The notes: generated from the sequence alone by a model not told the origin. Positions 1 through 10,707 are shown, counted from the stretch's first letter. The stretch is DNA of 64,000 bases from an uncultured candidate division Zixibacteria bacterium (GCA_963664195.1 OY760907.1:3040001-3104000); one strand, 5' to 3'. A program made the numbers and translations.

Positions 1-551
1 TACTGATCCCACAGATCCCAGTTGGCGAAATAGTAGCCCAAAGTACCGCCAGCGCGGACAGCGATGCGTGACAAACGGTTTTTCGTGTCCGGAGGGTTCA
101 CCAGGTAATACTGCACGCCAGTGGTAATGCCGTAGACTTTAATCTCGGACTTGGGGTTTTCGATCTCAGTAGATGTCGGCAGATACACCGGGTTTCCGGC
201 AATGTCGTCACCCATTTTCATCCAGTACTCGCCGCCGACATGCCAGGCGATACGGCGATTGAAGACCATGCCGAACTCGACACCGAGTGAAGTACCCATA
301 TCCAGCCAGTTCAGGCCGGCTCCTTCGAGATTCTGGGACTCACGGGTTGCGAAAGTATTGTAGTCGTTGTTACGGTTGATCCGGTCCATGCCGAAGGTCG
401 CAGAAGCCCAACCGATTTTCTGCGTGTACTTTTCTTTGCCCATCTGCAGGTAGCGATTGACAATGTCCTGTTCAGTGTCCTGGGCCAGAACATTACCAAA
501 CATCATGCAAACCAGAACGGCAACGGTGGTAAGTGCAATTATGCGACGCAT
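1..551 (-). CDS. Exported protein, probable outer-membrane beta-barrel (3' end runs off the window)
   Basis: Not in the ORF track; translated by hand. GGAGG SD, then ATG at 551: MRRIIALTTVAVLVCMMFGNVLAQ (signal peptide), followed by amphipathic strands with aromatic residues (LGVEFGMVF, WHVGGEYW, GITTGVQYYL, GGTLGYYFANW). The frame is open to position 1. Confidence 0.75.
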   Translation of the reverse strand, partial: MRRIIALTTVAVLVCMMFGNVLAQDTEQDIVNRYLQMGKEKYTQKIGWASATFGMDRINRNNDYNTFATRESQNLEGAGLNWLDMGTSLGVEFGMVFNRRIAWHVGGEYWMKMGDDIAGNPVYLPTSTEIENPKSEIKVYGITTGVQYYLVNPPDTKNRLSRIAVRAGGTLGYYFANWDLWDQ

Positions 552-648
552 TTTTCCTCCAATCAGATCATCTTAGGTAATTACCCAGTTTATCGGAAAC
601 TTGCCGGACTTTCTTGACATTTCGGGGCATACAGAGGATTGAAAGGAG

Positions 649-677
649 AAAAAAAGCGGGTGCATTGCTGCACCCGC
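649..677 (-). terminator. Rho-independent terminator after por
   Basis: Minus strand GCGGGTGCA-GCAA-TGCACCCGC followed by T7. Confidence 0.8.
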
Positions 678-706
678 CCGAATATGATCAGAATAGACTC
701 AGGCTG

Positions 707-3700
707 CTATTCAGCGTTTTCAGGATCGTCGGAGTAATCCATGGCGGCCAGCTGCTTGTAGAGCTTCCAGCGACGGTCGCAATCCTGCTGACCCAGTGCC
801 AACAGCATGTCGGCGCGGTCTTTGTGACTTCCCAGAAGTGAGCGGAAACGGTTTTCAGCGTAGGCGAAGTCCTTGAAGCTGATCGACGGCGCTTTGCTGT
901 CGAGCTGCAGCGGGTTCTTGCCCTGCTCGGCCAGTTCCGGATTGTAACGGTACAGTGGCCAGTGACCGGACTTGACAGCCATTTCCTCGTTCGTAAGGCC
1001 CTTCGACATGTTGATGCCGTGAGCAATACAGTGCGAATAGGCCAGAACCAGAGACGGACCGTTGTAACGTTCGGCTTCAACCATCGCCTTGACCGTCTGT
1101 GCATTGCTGGCACCGACCGCCACCTGGGCGACGTACACGTTGCCGTAAGCCATCATCATACGACCGAGATCCTTCTTCGGCATACCCTTACCGGCCGCGG
1201 CAAACTGGGCGGTTGAGGCGCGCGGAGTAGCTTTGGACATCTGGCCGCCGGTGTTGGAGTACACCTCGGTGTCGAGAACGAGGACGTTGACATTCTGGCC
1301 GGAGGCGAGGACATGGTCCAGACCGCCAAAGCCGATGTCATAGGCCCAACCATCACCACCGATGACCCAGACTGACTTATTCACAAGGTAGTCAGCAATG
1401 GTCTTGAGCGCCGCGACCTTTTCCGAACCGTTCATGCTTTCGAGCTTGGTCTTGAGGGCGACAACGCGTTCGCGCTGTTCTTCAATGCCAGCCTGAGTGC
1501 TCTGATCGGCATTGGCGATAGCGTCGTACTGATCGGATACGAGTTCTTTGACCAACTCAAGGGCGTACTCTTTGAGCTTGTCAGCGGTCAGTCTCATACC
1601 GAAGCCAAATTCGGCGTTGTCCTCGAACAAAGAGTTTGACCAGGCCGGACCGCGGCCGTCAGCACGCTGACAGTACGGGGTGGTCGGCAGGTTACCGCCG
1701 TAAATCGAGCTGCACCCGGTGGCGTTGGCGCAGAGGGCGCGATCACCAAAGAGCTGCGTCATCAGCTTGATGTACGGGGTCTCACCGCAACCGGCACAGG
1801 CGCCTGAGAACTCAAAGAGCGGCTTGACAAACTGCGAACCCTTAACCGTCTCGTTGTTGAACTTTGACGGATCGGTTTCCGGCAGTTTGTCGAGGAAGAA
1901 GTCCCAGTTGGCGACTTCCTGCTCGCGGAGCGGCATCTGCGGTTCCATGTTGATCGCCCTGCGGTCGGTCTTGTTGCCCTCGGCATCTTTGACGATGGCC
2001 GGGCAGGCACTAACGCAGACCTCGCATCCGGTGCAATCTTCGGGAGCAACCTGCAGGACGTATTTCATGCCCTTGAACTGCTTCGAGTTTGCATCGACCG
2101 ACTTGAAGCCCTTCGGGGCATTCTTAAGCGCGGCTTCCTCGACAACCTTGGGGCGGATTGCCGCGTGCGGGCAGACGAGAGAGCAGATGTTGCACTGAAT
2201 ACAAGTTTCTGTATCCCAAACCGGGATATCAACAGCGATGTTGCGTTTCTCGAACTGCGTGGTGCCCGTTATGTAGGTGCCGTCATCCGGGAATGCGGAG
2301 ACCGGGAGGTCTTCGCCGCGACCGGCAATGATCTCAGCGGTGACGTGCTTCACGAACTCAGGAGCGGTGTCCGGTACGATCGGCGGACGAGAGAAGTCAC
2401 TGGTCACTTTGCCCGGATAGTCGACCTTCTCGATTTCAGCCTGGGCACCGTCAACTGCCGAGTAGTTCATGTTGACGACCTTTTCGCCCTTGGAGCCGTA
2501 GGTCTTCTTGATTGCGTTCTTGATTGCCTTGACCGCCTGATCTTCCGGCAGAATACCGGAAATGAGGAAGAATGCGGTTTGCATGATCATGTTGATGCGA
2601 GCGCCGAGACCAAGCTTTTTGCCGAGCGCAATAGCGTCGATGCAGTAGAACTTGGCCTTCTTATCAATCAGAGACTTCTGCACTTCTTTCGGAAGCTGCG
2701 CCCATACTTCGTCCTTATTGTAGGGCGAGTTGAGTAAGAAGGTGCCGCCCTCGACCAGCTTTTCGATCATCTCGTACTTTTCTACGAACGAGAAGTTGTG
2801 GCAGGCGATGAAGTCAGCCTTGGTAATCAGGTACGGTTTGCGAATCAGATCTTTGCCGAAGCGGACGTGAGACACGGTCACCGCGCCGGCCTTCTTCGAG
2901 TCATACACAAAGTAGCCCTGGGCGTAGTTGTCAGTATTCTCGCCGATGATCTTGATCGAGTTTTTGTTTGCACCGACCGTACCGTCAGAACCGAGACCGT
3001 AAAAGAGGCCGCGGAAGTTGTCGCCAACGAGGGCGAAAGACTTGTCCAGCTTCAGGGAGGTGTTGGTGACGTCGTCGTTGATACCAACCGTGAAGTGATT
3101 CTTCGGGGCGCTTTTCTTAAGGTTTTCGAACACAGCCTTGGCCATTGGCGGGTTGAACTCAGCCGAGCCTAGACCGTAACGACCGCCGACGATCAGCGGG
3201 TGGGCGTCGAATTTGGCCAGTTTGTTGTCCAGAGCCTCGTTGATGGCGGACTGGACGTCAACGTACAGCGGCTCGCCGACAGCGCCGGCTTCCTTGGTAC
3301 GATCGAGCACGGCGATGCGCTTGACCGTGGCCGGAAGGGCCTTGGCGAAGGCCTCGACGGAGAACGGACGGTACAGACGGACCTTGATGATACCGACTTT
3401 TTCGCCTTTTTCAACGAGGTGGTCGACGACTTCGTGGACAACTTCGGAACCTGTGCCCATAATGACCACGACATGCTCGGCTTCAGGATGTCCGAAGTAG
3501 TCAAAGAGGTTATAAGTGCGACCGACCTGTTTGGCGAACGCGTCCATAGCTTTCTGCACGATAGCAGGAGCAGCGAGATAATACTTGTTGGCGGTTTCGC
3601 GACCCTGGAAGAAAACATCCGGATTTTGCGAAGTGCCCTTGATCGTCGGGCGATCAGGGGAGAGGGCGCGGGCGCGATGGGCCGCAACGAGCTCGTCCGG

Positions 3701-4309
3701 CAACAGGGCACGCATATCGTCGAACGTAATCTGCTCTACTTTGGAGACTTCGTGCGACGTACGGAAGCCGTCGAAGAAATGTACAAACGGCACGCGGCTA
3801 TTGAGTGCGGCCGCCTGCGCGACGAGGGCGAGGTCCATAACTTCCTGGACCGACCCTGAGCCAAGCAGACCAAAACCGGTCGAGCGAGTGGCCATGATAT
3901 CAGAGTGATCGCCGAAGATCGACAGCGCGTGGGATGCCACGGAGCGGGCGGTGACATGGAAAACCGTTGGTGTCATTTCACCGGCGATTTTGAACATGTT
4001 CGGGATCATCAGCAAGAGTCCCTGCGAGGCCGTGAAGGTAGTGGTCAGGGCACCGCTGGTAATAGCACCATGAACGGCACCGGATGCGCCACCCTCGGAT
4101 TGCATCTCGACCACGCGGGGAATTGTCCCCCAGATATTCTTTTCGCCCGCGGCTGACTTGGCGTCGGCCATTTCGCCCATGTTTGACGACGGGGTAATCG
4201 GGTAGATGGCAGCGATCTCGTTAGTGGCATGAGCCACATACGCGGCAGCCGTGTTGCCGTCGATCGTCACCATCTTGCGGTTTATGTCTTTGCTAGCTTT
4301 GTCTGACAT
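707..4309 (-). CDS. nifJ: Pyruvate:ferredoxin (flavodoxin) oxidoreductase, single chain
   Basis: 1200 aa; YPITPSS, MQSEGGA, ferredoxin motifs CIQCNICSLVCP and CTGCEVCVSACP, FSGACAGCGE, GDGWAYDIG TPP-binding motif. Confidence 0.97.
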   Translation of the reverse strand: MSDKASKDINRKMVTIDGNTAAAYVAHATNEIAAIYPITPSSNMGEMADAKSAAGEKNIWGTIPRVVEMQSEGGASGAVHGAITSGALTTTFTASQGLLLMIPNMFKIAGEMTPTVFHVTARSVASHALSIFGDHSDIMATRSTGFGLLGSGSVQEVMDLALVAQAAALNSRVPFVHFFDGFRTSHEVSKVEQITFDDMRALLPDELVAAHRARALSPDRPTIKGTSQNPDVFFQGRETANKYYLAAPAIVQKAMDAFAKQVGRTYNLFDYFGHPEAEHVVVIMGTGSEVVHEVVDHLVEKGEKVGIIKVRLYRPFSVEAFAKALPATVKRIAVLDRTKEAGAVGEPLYVDVQSAINEALDNKLAKFDAHPLIVGGRYGLGSAEFNPPMAKAVFENLKKSAPKNHFTVGINDDVTNTSLKLDKSFALVGDNFRGLFYGLGSDGTVGANKNSIKIIGENTDNYAQGYFVYDSKKAGAVTVSHVRFGKDLIRKPYLITKADFIACHNFSFVEKYEMIEKLVEGGTFLLNSPYNKDEVWAQLPKEVQKSLIDKKAKFYCIDAIALGKKLGLGARINMIMQTAFFLISGILPEDQAVKAIKNAIKKTYGSKGEKVVNMNYSAVDGAQAEIEKVDYPGKVTSDFSRPPIVPDTAPEFVKHVTAEIIAGRGEDLPVSAFPDDGTYITGTTQFEKRNIAVDIPVWDTETCIQCNICSLVCPHAAIRPKVVEEAALKNAPKGFKSVDANSKQFKGMKYVLQVAPEDCTGCEVCVSACPAIVKDAEGNKTDRRAINMEPQMPLREQEVANWDFFLDKLPETDPSKFNNETVKGSQFVKPLFEFSGACAGCGETPYIKLMTQLFGDRALCANATGCSSIYGGNLPTTPYCQRADGRGPAWSNSLFEDNAEFGFGMRLTADKLKEYALELVKELVSDQYDAIANADQSTQAGIEEQRERVVALKTKLESMNGSEKVAALKTIADYLVNKSVWVIGGDGWAYDIGFGGLDHVLASGQNVNVLVLDTEVYSNTGGQMSKATPRASTAQFAAAGKGMPKKDLGRMMMAYGNVYVAQVAVGASNAQTVKAMVEAERYNGPSLVLAYSHCIAHGINMSKGLTNEEMAVKSGHWPLYRYNPELAEQGKNPLQLDSKAPSISFKDFAYAENRFRSLLGSHKDRADMLLALGQQDCDRRWKLYKQLAAMDYSDDPENAE

Positions 4310-4362
4310 TTCCTTTTTATCTCCTAATCAAATTGACCGTCAAGCCGTGTAAGCTGCCGCTA

Positions 4363-4929
4363 CTATCGGCAGTCCTTGTCGTCCTTCGACAGCGTTATTT
4401 CTTTTTGTGCCTGGTACTTTCCTTTTTTGTCCCGATACGAAACGTCGCACACCTCTGAAGCCTCCAGGAAGAGGAGTTGCGCGATACCTTCGCCCGCATA
4501 GATACGCGCCGGCCGGGGAGCGGTGTTGGCCAGCGACAGAGTCGCGAAACCTTCCCATTCCGGTTCGAACGGCGTGACGTTCACAATAATGCCGTTTCGG
4601 GCATATGTCGACTTGCCGAAACAAATCGTGACCACATCTCTCGGTATCTTGAAGTATTCCCTGGTGCGGGCGAGCACAAAGGAGTTGGCCGGAATCAGAA
4701 TAGACTCAGCCGTGACATCCTTGAAATTATGGTCTCCATTGTTCTTGGGGTCCAGTTCCTCGGTTGAATCCGGGTCAAAGACCTTGAATTCATCAGCGAG
4801 GGAGATGTCATAGCCGTAAGACGAGACACCGAAACTGATCCCCTTGCGAACCTGACTTTGCGAGAAAGGCTCAATCATCTGACGATCCTGAGCCATCTCA
4901 ATTATCCAGCGATCTGACTTGACGCCCAT
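4363..4929 (-). CDS. dcd: dCTP deaminase
   Basis: [36 protein letters not shown]; start reassigned to MGVKSDRW behind a GGAGG SD. Confidence 0.93.
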   Translation of the reverse strand: MGVKSDRWIIEMAQDRQMIEPFSQSQVRKGISFGVSSYGYDISLADEFKVFDPDSTEELDPKNNGDHNFKDVTAESILIPANSFVLARTREYFKIPRDVVTICFGKSTYARNGIIVNVTPFEPEWEGFATLSLANTAPRPARIYAGEGIAQLLFLEASEVCDVSYRDKKGKYQAQKEITLSKDDKDCR

Positions 4930-4966
4930 GCTACCGGCATTCCTCCAAGAAAGTCTACAAGCCGCT

Positions 4967-4995
4967 AAGATACGCAAAGTCGCTTATGTTGTAAA
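4967..4995 (-). promoter_or_regulatory. Sigma-70-type promoter for dcd(-por)
   Basis: TTTACA-N17-TATCTT on the minus strand. Confidence 0.5.
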
Positions 4996-5025
4996 CCCGG
5001 ATAACGTCAGTTATGGGCTAAAAGA

Positions 5026-5457
5026 TTAATCCATTACCGCCTTGGCCTGCTGCCACTTGAGCAAATCTGCAAGTGTGTGTTCCTCAAAGACTTCTACCAA
5101 TCTGCGTTCGGCTATCAAAACCAGCTCTCTCAATGCACAGAAGCCGTTATCTCCTATGTGACAGGGGCCCATCTCGTCCATGTCTTTCATCAATCGATAC
5201 GGTCCCTGGATGGTCTCCAGAACCCTTCTGACCTTGATCTCAGCGGGATCCTGGGCGAGCGTGAAGCCACCCCGGACGCCACGATGCGAGCGCACTATGC
5301 CTGCTTTGGATAGTGACTGAAATATCTTGGCAAGGAATTTCTCCGGAATCGACTGAGCCTCGGAAATCTCCGACAGCGGGGTTACCACTGTTCTGTCTTT
5401 TTGGGCCAAGTATAGTACCCCGTGCATTCCGTATTCTTCGGCTTTGGTGAACTGCAT
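5026..5457 (-). CDS. Rrf2-family transcriptional regulator
   Basis: TKAEEYG...ISEAQSIPEKFLAKIFQSL...SHRGVRGGFTLA winged helix; only two C-terminal Cys. Confidence 0.92.
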   Translation of the reverse strand: MQFTKAEEYGMHGVLYLAQKDRTVVTPLSEISEAQSIPEKFLAKIFQSLSKAGIVRSHRGVRGGFTLAQDPAEIKVRRVLETIQGPYRLMKDMDEMGPCHIGDNGFCALRELVLIAERRLVEVFEEHTLADLLKWQQAKAVMD

Positions 5458-5537
5458 GTCTGCTAACCCTTATTCTTAGTTTGTTCAGTCACACTGTACG
5501 TTCCGTACATATCCCCGATGGAATGTGCCTTCAGACC

Positions 5538-5555
5538 TTGTGAAACAATTAACAT
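5538..5555. promoter_or_regulatory. Rex-like operator between rrf2 and cobO
   Basis: TTGTGAA-ACAA-TTAACAT versus Rex consensus TTGTGAA-N4-TTCACAA (2 mismatches). Confidence 0.5.
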
Positions 5556-5743
5556 AAGAATATACAAGCGCATACTCTTTCCGCAACAACAAAGGGGAGG
5601 ATTAGCAAAAAAAAACCGGACTTTTATGGTGGTAATACAGAAATAATACACATCTTGCTGTCTGGGTCTCTCTGAATCCTTTTTTTTGCTTCCATCGGCG
5701 AACTCAACCGGTTAGAATCAGCGTACACACAGGAGGCGACCCA

Positions 5744-6283
5744 ATGGCAGAAAAAGAAAAGGGTCTGTTAGTTGTTTACACCGGCAATGGCAAAGGCAAG
5801 ACGACGGCTGCTCTCGGAATGTGCGTGCGGGCAGTGGGATACAAGTGGCGTATCTGCATCATTCAGTTTGTCAAGGGGAGCTGGAAATACGGTGAGCTGA
5901 AGGGTCTCAAGCAACTCCAACCCGAAATCGAATTGCACGTGATCGGGGAGGGGTTTGTGGGGATCGTCGATGATACCAAGGACTTTGAGGAACACCGTGA
6001 GGCGGCTCAGAAAGGGATCGCACTGGCGGTGGAACGGATTAAATCGCGTGAACACCGGCTGATCATTGTAGACGAGCTGAATGTCGCACTGGACCTGGGG
6101 CTGGTGAGCCGGGAGGAAACGGAGACGGTGTTGGATGCGGTCGACGATACCCAGCATCTGGTTGTCACGGGTCGAGGTGCTCCCGACTGGTTGATCGAGC
6201 GCGCCGATCTTGTGACCGAGATGACGGAAATCAAGCACCCGTATCAGAAGGGTATTCTGGCGCAGAAAGGTGTAGATTGGTAG
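5744..6283 (+). CDS. cobO: Cob(I)yrinic acid a,c-diamide adenosyltransferase (CobO/BtuR)
   Basis: VYTGNGKGKTTAALG, QFVKG, VTGRGAP, ADLVTEMTEIKHPY. Confidence 0.93.
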   Translation: MAEKEKGLLVVYTGNGKGKTTAALGMCVRAVGYKWRICIIQFVKGSWKYGELKGLKQLQPEIELHVIGEGFVGIVDDTKDFEEHREAAQKGIALAVERIKSREHRLIIVDELNVALDLGLVSREETETVLDAVDDTQHLVVTGRGAPDWLIERADLVTEMTEIKHPYQKGILAQKGVDW

Positions 6284-6417
6284 GGGTTGATGAGGCGGCA
6301 GGAATTGCTTACTTTTGGAGGTGCAGACTTCGACAGGAGGCTGTGTCGTAGTAGGTGAAGCAGGTGCAGACGAGGGCGTCTGCCGCCCACAGATTGATTG
6401 AACGCGACCTTAGAGGT

Positions 6418-6444
6418 GTCGAAACTGCACGAGTTTCGACCTGC
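6418..6444. repeat. REP-like palindrome, copy 1
   Basis: GTCGAAACT-GCACG-AGTTTCGAC-CTGC; near-identical copy at 49274-49300. Confidence 0.6.
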
Positions 6445-6603
6445 CGTGCTCTTTCAATAGTGTACACGTCGACGGGCTCGGCCTGACTTGTTGACAGTGG
6501 GTCGGTGGTGCGGGAGATAGATGAGAACTAATCGTCGAGATGCCCTGTTGCATCACAGTGATAATAGTACTGGAACGGAATCAGGCGAGTAAGGAACAGA
6601 TCA

Positions 6604-7557
6604 ATGGCTGAAGAGAAAATCTATGATGTGGTGATTGTCGGCGCGGGGCCGGGAGGATTATGCGCCGGGCTGTATTCGGCGCGGGCACGTCGAAAAGTGG
6701 TCTGCCTCGAGAGGTTTATTCCGGGAGGTCAGATTGCGAATACCGGGGAAGTCGAGGACTATCTTGGTTTCAAGCACATATCAGGCAGTGAGTTGTCTGA
6801 GAAGTTCGCCGACCATGCGAAAAGTTTCGGTCTTGAGATCGACATGGAAGAGGTCGAGGAAGTCTATCAGGAAGGTGACGAGCACGTCACTCGTTGCGCC
6901 TCCGGCAACATATATCGTTCCAGGGCGGTGATTCTGTCCACGGGTGGTTCTCCGGTCTATCTGGGGGTGCCGGGGGAAAAGGAATACTCCGGCAAGGGTG
7001 TGTCGTACTGCGCGATTTGCGACGGTGCTTTCTTCCGCGACAAAGTGATGGCGGTGGTAGGCGGGGGTGATTCGGCTGTGGAGGAGGGTATCTTCCTGAC
7101 CAAGTTTGCCTCCAAGGTGTATATCATTCATCGGCGCGACGAACTCCGTGCTGCGAAAATTGCCCAGAAGCGGGCATTCGATAATGACAAAGTCGAAATC
7201 CTCTGGGACACCGTTGTCGAATCTATCAACGGCGACGGAACCCGTGTGACCGATCTCACGCTTAAGAATGTGAAAACGGGGGAGACCTCGAAGCTTGAGG
7301 TTGGAGCGGTGTTCCCGTACCTGGGTTTCCGCCCCAACTCGAATATCACTCGCGAAGAATTGAAGAAGGACGACGGCGGATACATCCTGACGGACTATCG
7401 CATGGAGACGTCGATTAAGGGAGTGTTTGCGTGCGGTGACTGCCGGATGCAGCTCGTACGTCAGGTCACTAATGCGGTCGGTGACGGAACCACGGCGGCT
7501 GTGGCGGCTGAGAAGCACATCGAGGAACTTGAGGACAAAGAGGCCAACCGGTCCTGA
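6604..7557 (+). CDS. trxB: Thioredoxin-disulfide reductase
   Basis: GAGPGG, GVSYCAICDG, GGGDSAVEEG, HRRDELRA, GVFACGD. Confidence 0.96.
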   Translation: MAEEKIYDVVIVGAGPGGLCAGLYSARARRKVVCLERFIPGGQIANTGEVEDYLGFKHISGSELSEKFADHAKSFGLEIDMEEVEEVYQEGDEHVTRCASGNIYRSRAVILSTGGSPVYLGVPGEKEYSGKGVSYCAICDGAFFRDKVMAVVGGGDSAVEEGIFLTKFASKVYIIHRRDELRAAKIAQKRAFDNDKVEILWDTVVESINGDGTRVTDLTLKNVKTGETSKLEVGAVFPYLGFRPNSNITREELKKDDGGYILTDYRMETSIKGVFACGDCRMQLVRQVTNAVGDGTTAAVAAEKHIEELEDKEANRS

Positions 7558-7581
7558 TTGTCGTCGACTGTTATGCATATG

Positions 7582-7609
7582 AAAGGCCCGCTATCCGGCG
7601 GGCTTTTTT
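7582..7609 (+). terminator. Rho-independent terminator after trxB
   Basis: AAAGGCCCGC-TATCCG-GCGGGCTTTTTT. Confidence 0.8.
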
Positions 7610-7688
7610 AATGTGACCAGATAGTTGGCCAGTCTTGAACAATCCGCCAAAGGCGTACGTTTTTGTGCCATGTTAGTACGTATTGAAA

Positions 7689-7733
7689 AAGTGATAAATT
7701 TCACTTGCGGTAAGACGCTGTGGGGGATATATT
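7689..7733 (+). promoter_or_regulatory. hppA promoter with an overlapping Rex/CRP-like palindrome
   Basis: AAGTGA-TAAATT-TCACTT (7689-7706) overlaps the -35 of TTGCGG-N17-TATATT (7705-7733). Confidence 0.5.
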
Positions 7734-7804
7734 TGCACGTTGTTTTATACGGAAACTGAAGTGTAACTAGTTGAATTGTATCGCCTTAACGGGAGAGGTT
7801 AGCA

Positions 7805-9811
7805 ATGGACAACACTGGTATGTTGGCCGCAGGTATTGGGGTAATTGGTCTCATATTTGCGATCTTACTGTTCGTTTGGATCAGATCCAAATCTGCCGGA
7901 AACGAAGTAATGCAGGAAATCGCAGGTCAGATCCATGATGGTGCGATGGTATTCCTCAAGCGGGAATACTCGATTCTAGTCGTTTTCATCGTTATTGTGT
8001 TTGGCCTTCTTGCATGGAAGATTGGTTTGCAGACGGGATACGCGTTCCTTGGTGGAACGTTCTGCTCGATGTTGGCCGGTTATATTGGCATGAAGGCAGC
8101 CACATCCGCCAATGTGCGCACATGCGCCGCCGCCAAAGACAAGGGACAGGCCGCAGCCCTTTCAGTCGCCTTCTCAGGTGGCGCCGTGATGGGTATGACG
8201 GTTGCATCGCTCGGTCTGATCGGTGTGGGCGTCGCGTTCTACTTCTTCGGCGGTGATCCGAAGACTGCCTCGATTATTAACGGTTTTGCCATGGGTGCTT
8301 CCTCGATTGCGTTGTTCGCGCGTGTTGGTGGCGGTATCTATACGAAGGCCGCCGATGTCGGCGCTGACCTCGTAGGTAAAGTTGAGGCCGGTATTCCTGA
8401 AGATGATCCGCGTAACCCTGCGGTGATCGCTGACAACGTTGGTGACAACGTTGGTGATACGGCCGGTATGGGGGCCGATCTTTTCGAGTCCTACTGCGGC
8501 TCGATCATTGCCACCATCGCTATCGCAGCGACTGTGACAGGCGGCTCGGAGATCGTGCGCGAAATCATGGAGCAGCGGTTGGCATACATGCAACTGCCTC
8601 TGCTGATCGTCGCCTTCGGTGCGCTGGCATCAATTCTTGGAGTGCTTTCCGTGCGTTTGTTCTCCTCGATGAACCCCGCCGCCACGCTTCGCCTCGTCAC
8701 CTACGTTGGTGCTCTGGTCATGCTGGTTGGTGCCTGGTACATCATTGACTACATGGGACTTGACCAGAAAGTGTTCTGGGCGATTCTCGCAGGTAACGTG
8801 GCCGGTATCATTCTCGGCCTGTTGACAGAGTATTACACGGCTGCGAAGCCGGTTCGGGATATTGCAGAGTCTTCACTTACCGGTGCCGCCACGAACATCA
8901 TCAACGGTCTTGCCGTTGGTATGGAATCGGTAGTGCTTCCGGTTATCGTGATTTGTGGTGCCATCTTCACCGGATACCAGTTCGCCGGCCTGTACGGTAT
9001 CGGCATTGCCGGTGTTGGTATGCTGGCCACGATCGGTGTAACGATGTCCGTTGACGCTTACGGTCCTATCGCTGACAACGCCGGTGGTATCTCCGAAATG
9101 TCGGGTCTTGGCAAAGACGTCCGCGCTATCACTGACCGTTTGGATTCCCTGGGTAACACGACTGCCGCTATCGGTAAGGGTTTTGCTATCGGTTCCGCCG
9201 CCCTGACCGCGCTGGCCCTGTTCTCGGCCTACGCTTCGGCGGTGAAACTCGAAGGCATCAACATCCTCGATGTGAAAGTTGTGATCGGCTTCTTCATTGG
9301 CGGCTCGCTGCCGTTCCTGGTTGCCGCCATGACAATGACTGCAGTTGGTAAGGCTGCTGCAGAGATGGTGGAGGAAGTCCGCCGTCAGTTCCGTGAGATC
9401 AAGGGTCTCATGGAAGGTAAAGCCAAACCGGACACCAAGAAGTGTGTGGACATTGCGACTACAGGAGCTCTTCGCCAGATGGTTGCTCCGGGTGTTGTTG
9501 CGGTGGCCGCTCCGATTATCGTCGGTTACCTGCTTGAGAAAGAAGCTCTCGGCGGTATGTTGGCCGGTGCTACCATGTCTGGTGTTATGATGGCCCTTAT
9601 GATGGCCAACGCCGGTGGTGCCTGGGATAACGCCAAGAAGCTTATTGAATCCGGCGCCCACGGCGGCAAAGGCTCCGACGCCCATAAGGCTGCCGTTGTT
9701 GGTGACACCGTAGGTGATCCTTTCAAAGACACCTCCGGCCCGGCGATGAACATTCTCATCAAGCTGATGGCTATCGTGTCTCTCGTAGTTGGTTCCGCGC
9801 TGTTTGCGTAG
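7805..9811 (+). CDS. hppA: Membrane-bound pyrophosphatase, K+-dependent, probably Na+-translocating
   Basis: [35 protein letters not shown] (Ala marks K+ dependence), [20 protein letters not shown]. Confidence 0.95.
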   Translation: MDNTGMLAAGIGVIGLIFAILLFVWIRSKSAGNEVMQEIAGQIHDGAMVFLKREYSILVVFIVIVFGLLAWKIGLQTGYAFLGGTFCSMLAGYIGMKAATSANVRTCAAAKDKGQAAALSVAFSGGAVMGMTVASLGLIGVGVAFYFFGGDPKTASIINGFAMGASSIALFARVGGGIYTKAADVGADLVGKVEAGIPEDDPRNPAVIADNVGDNVGDTAGMGADLFESYCGSIIATIAIAATVTGGSEIVREIMEQRLAYMQLPLLIVAFGALASILGVLSVRLFSSMNPAATLRLVTYVGALVMLVGAWYIIDYMGLDQKVFWAILAGNVAGIILGLLTEYYTAAKPVRDIAESSLTGAATNIINGLAVGMESVVLPVIVICGAIFTGYQFAGLYGIGIAGVGMLATIGVTMSVDAYGPIADNAGGISEMSGLGKDVRAITDRLDSLGNTTAAIGKGFAIGSAALTALALFSAYASAVKLEGINILDVKVVIGFFIGGSLPFLVAAMTMTAVGKAAAEMVEEVRRQFREIKGLMEGKAKPDTKKCVDIATTGALRQMVAPGVVAVAAPIIVGYLLEKEALGGMLAGATMSGVMMALMMANAGGAWDNAKKLIESGAHGGKGSDAHKAAVVGDTVGDPFKDTSGPAMNILIKLMAIVSLVVGSALFA

Positions 9812-9833
9812 GCACAAGCGAGATTGATCATTG

Positions 9834-9866
9834 AAAGGGTCGGGTCTTTTTCCCGACCCTTTTTTT
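9834..9866 (+). terminator. Rho-independent terminator after hppA
   Basis: AAAGGGTCGGG...CCCGACCCTTTTTTT. Confidence 0.8.
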
Positions 9867-9978
9867 ATTTGAATAGGCGGGGGGCTTTCGAGTATGCTGT
9901 CATATTAAGAGGACTTTCTCAACAGCTATCCGAACATTCGTCCGGTAGGCCCGCAGAGCGGGACAGAACGGAGGAGAA

Positions 9979-10707
9979 TTGACTATGACCGATGAACAAA
10001 GTGTAATGCCAGAACCAACACCACCCGTCCAGGCAGACTCAGGCCTGTCTTTCAAGGGATTGTGGCAGGTGCTGGTCAGCCCGGGGGAGTTTTTTGAGAA
10101 GCTGAAGGATAATCCGAAGACGCTATTGGCCTACTTGGTCTACGTCTCCTGTGCGGCACTGTTCTTTGTCGCAGTCGGAGATTACCTCCTGGAAATCCAA
10201 ATGAAGGTCCTGGAGGCGCAGGGACAGCCCACGGCACAGATGCCTCAACACGTCATGAAGATGTTCATGGTCGGTGGTGGAGTAATCTCGATTGGCCTGA
10301 TTCCTCTTGTTACTGCGGCCTTTGCGATGTTTTTCGGAAACGTGTTCATGGAGGGGAGAGCGAAATTCAAGCAGTTGCTTTCGGTGGCGCTCTATTCAGG
10401 CTTCATATATGCGCTCGGGTTCCTGGCCGTGATTCCGCTAGTCTACGCCAAAGACAGTGCGATGGTTTCGTATTCTCTGGCGACGTTTGTCGCCGATCAG
10501 GGAATGCAAAGCGTATCGTACCAGGTGTTGTCCAAAGTAGGCCTGTTTTACATCTGGGAGTTCATCGTGGCCGGCATAGGATTCGCGAAGATCTACAACT
10601 GGTCGACCAACAAGGGAATGGTGTTGGCGGCGCTTTCGCTTGGCCTGCTGTCGTTGCTACACGTAGCCTCGACCGTGCTCGGATCGGCATTCGGACCACA
10701 GGGGTAG
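9979..10707 (+). CDS. Yip1-family membrane protein (YknW-like)
   Basis: VLVSPGEFFEKLK N-terminal motif, about 5 TM helices, GLFYIWE; lies upstream of the efflux cluster. Confidence 0.75.
   Translation: MTMTDEQSVMPEPTPPVQADSGLSFKGLWQVLVSPGEFFEKLKDNPKTLLAYLVYVSCAALFFVAVGDYLLEIQMKVLEAQGQPTAQMPQHVMKMFMVGGGVISIGLIPLVTAAFAMFFGNVFMEGRAKFKQLLSVALYSGFIYALGFLAVIPLVYAKDSAMVSYSLATFVADQGMQSVSYQVLSKVGLFYIWEFIVAGIGFAKIYNWSTNKGMVLAALSLGLLSLLHVASTVLGSAFGPQG

Noticed and set aside
5458..5743. Cobalamin riboswitch upstream of cobO
   Set aside because: No B12-box or conserved core is visible; the region is AT-rich and promoter-like.
7555..7557. Sec read-through at the trxB TGA
   Set aside because: The protein is already full length, there is no Cys-equivalent context, and a terminator follows.
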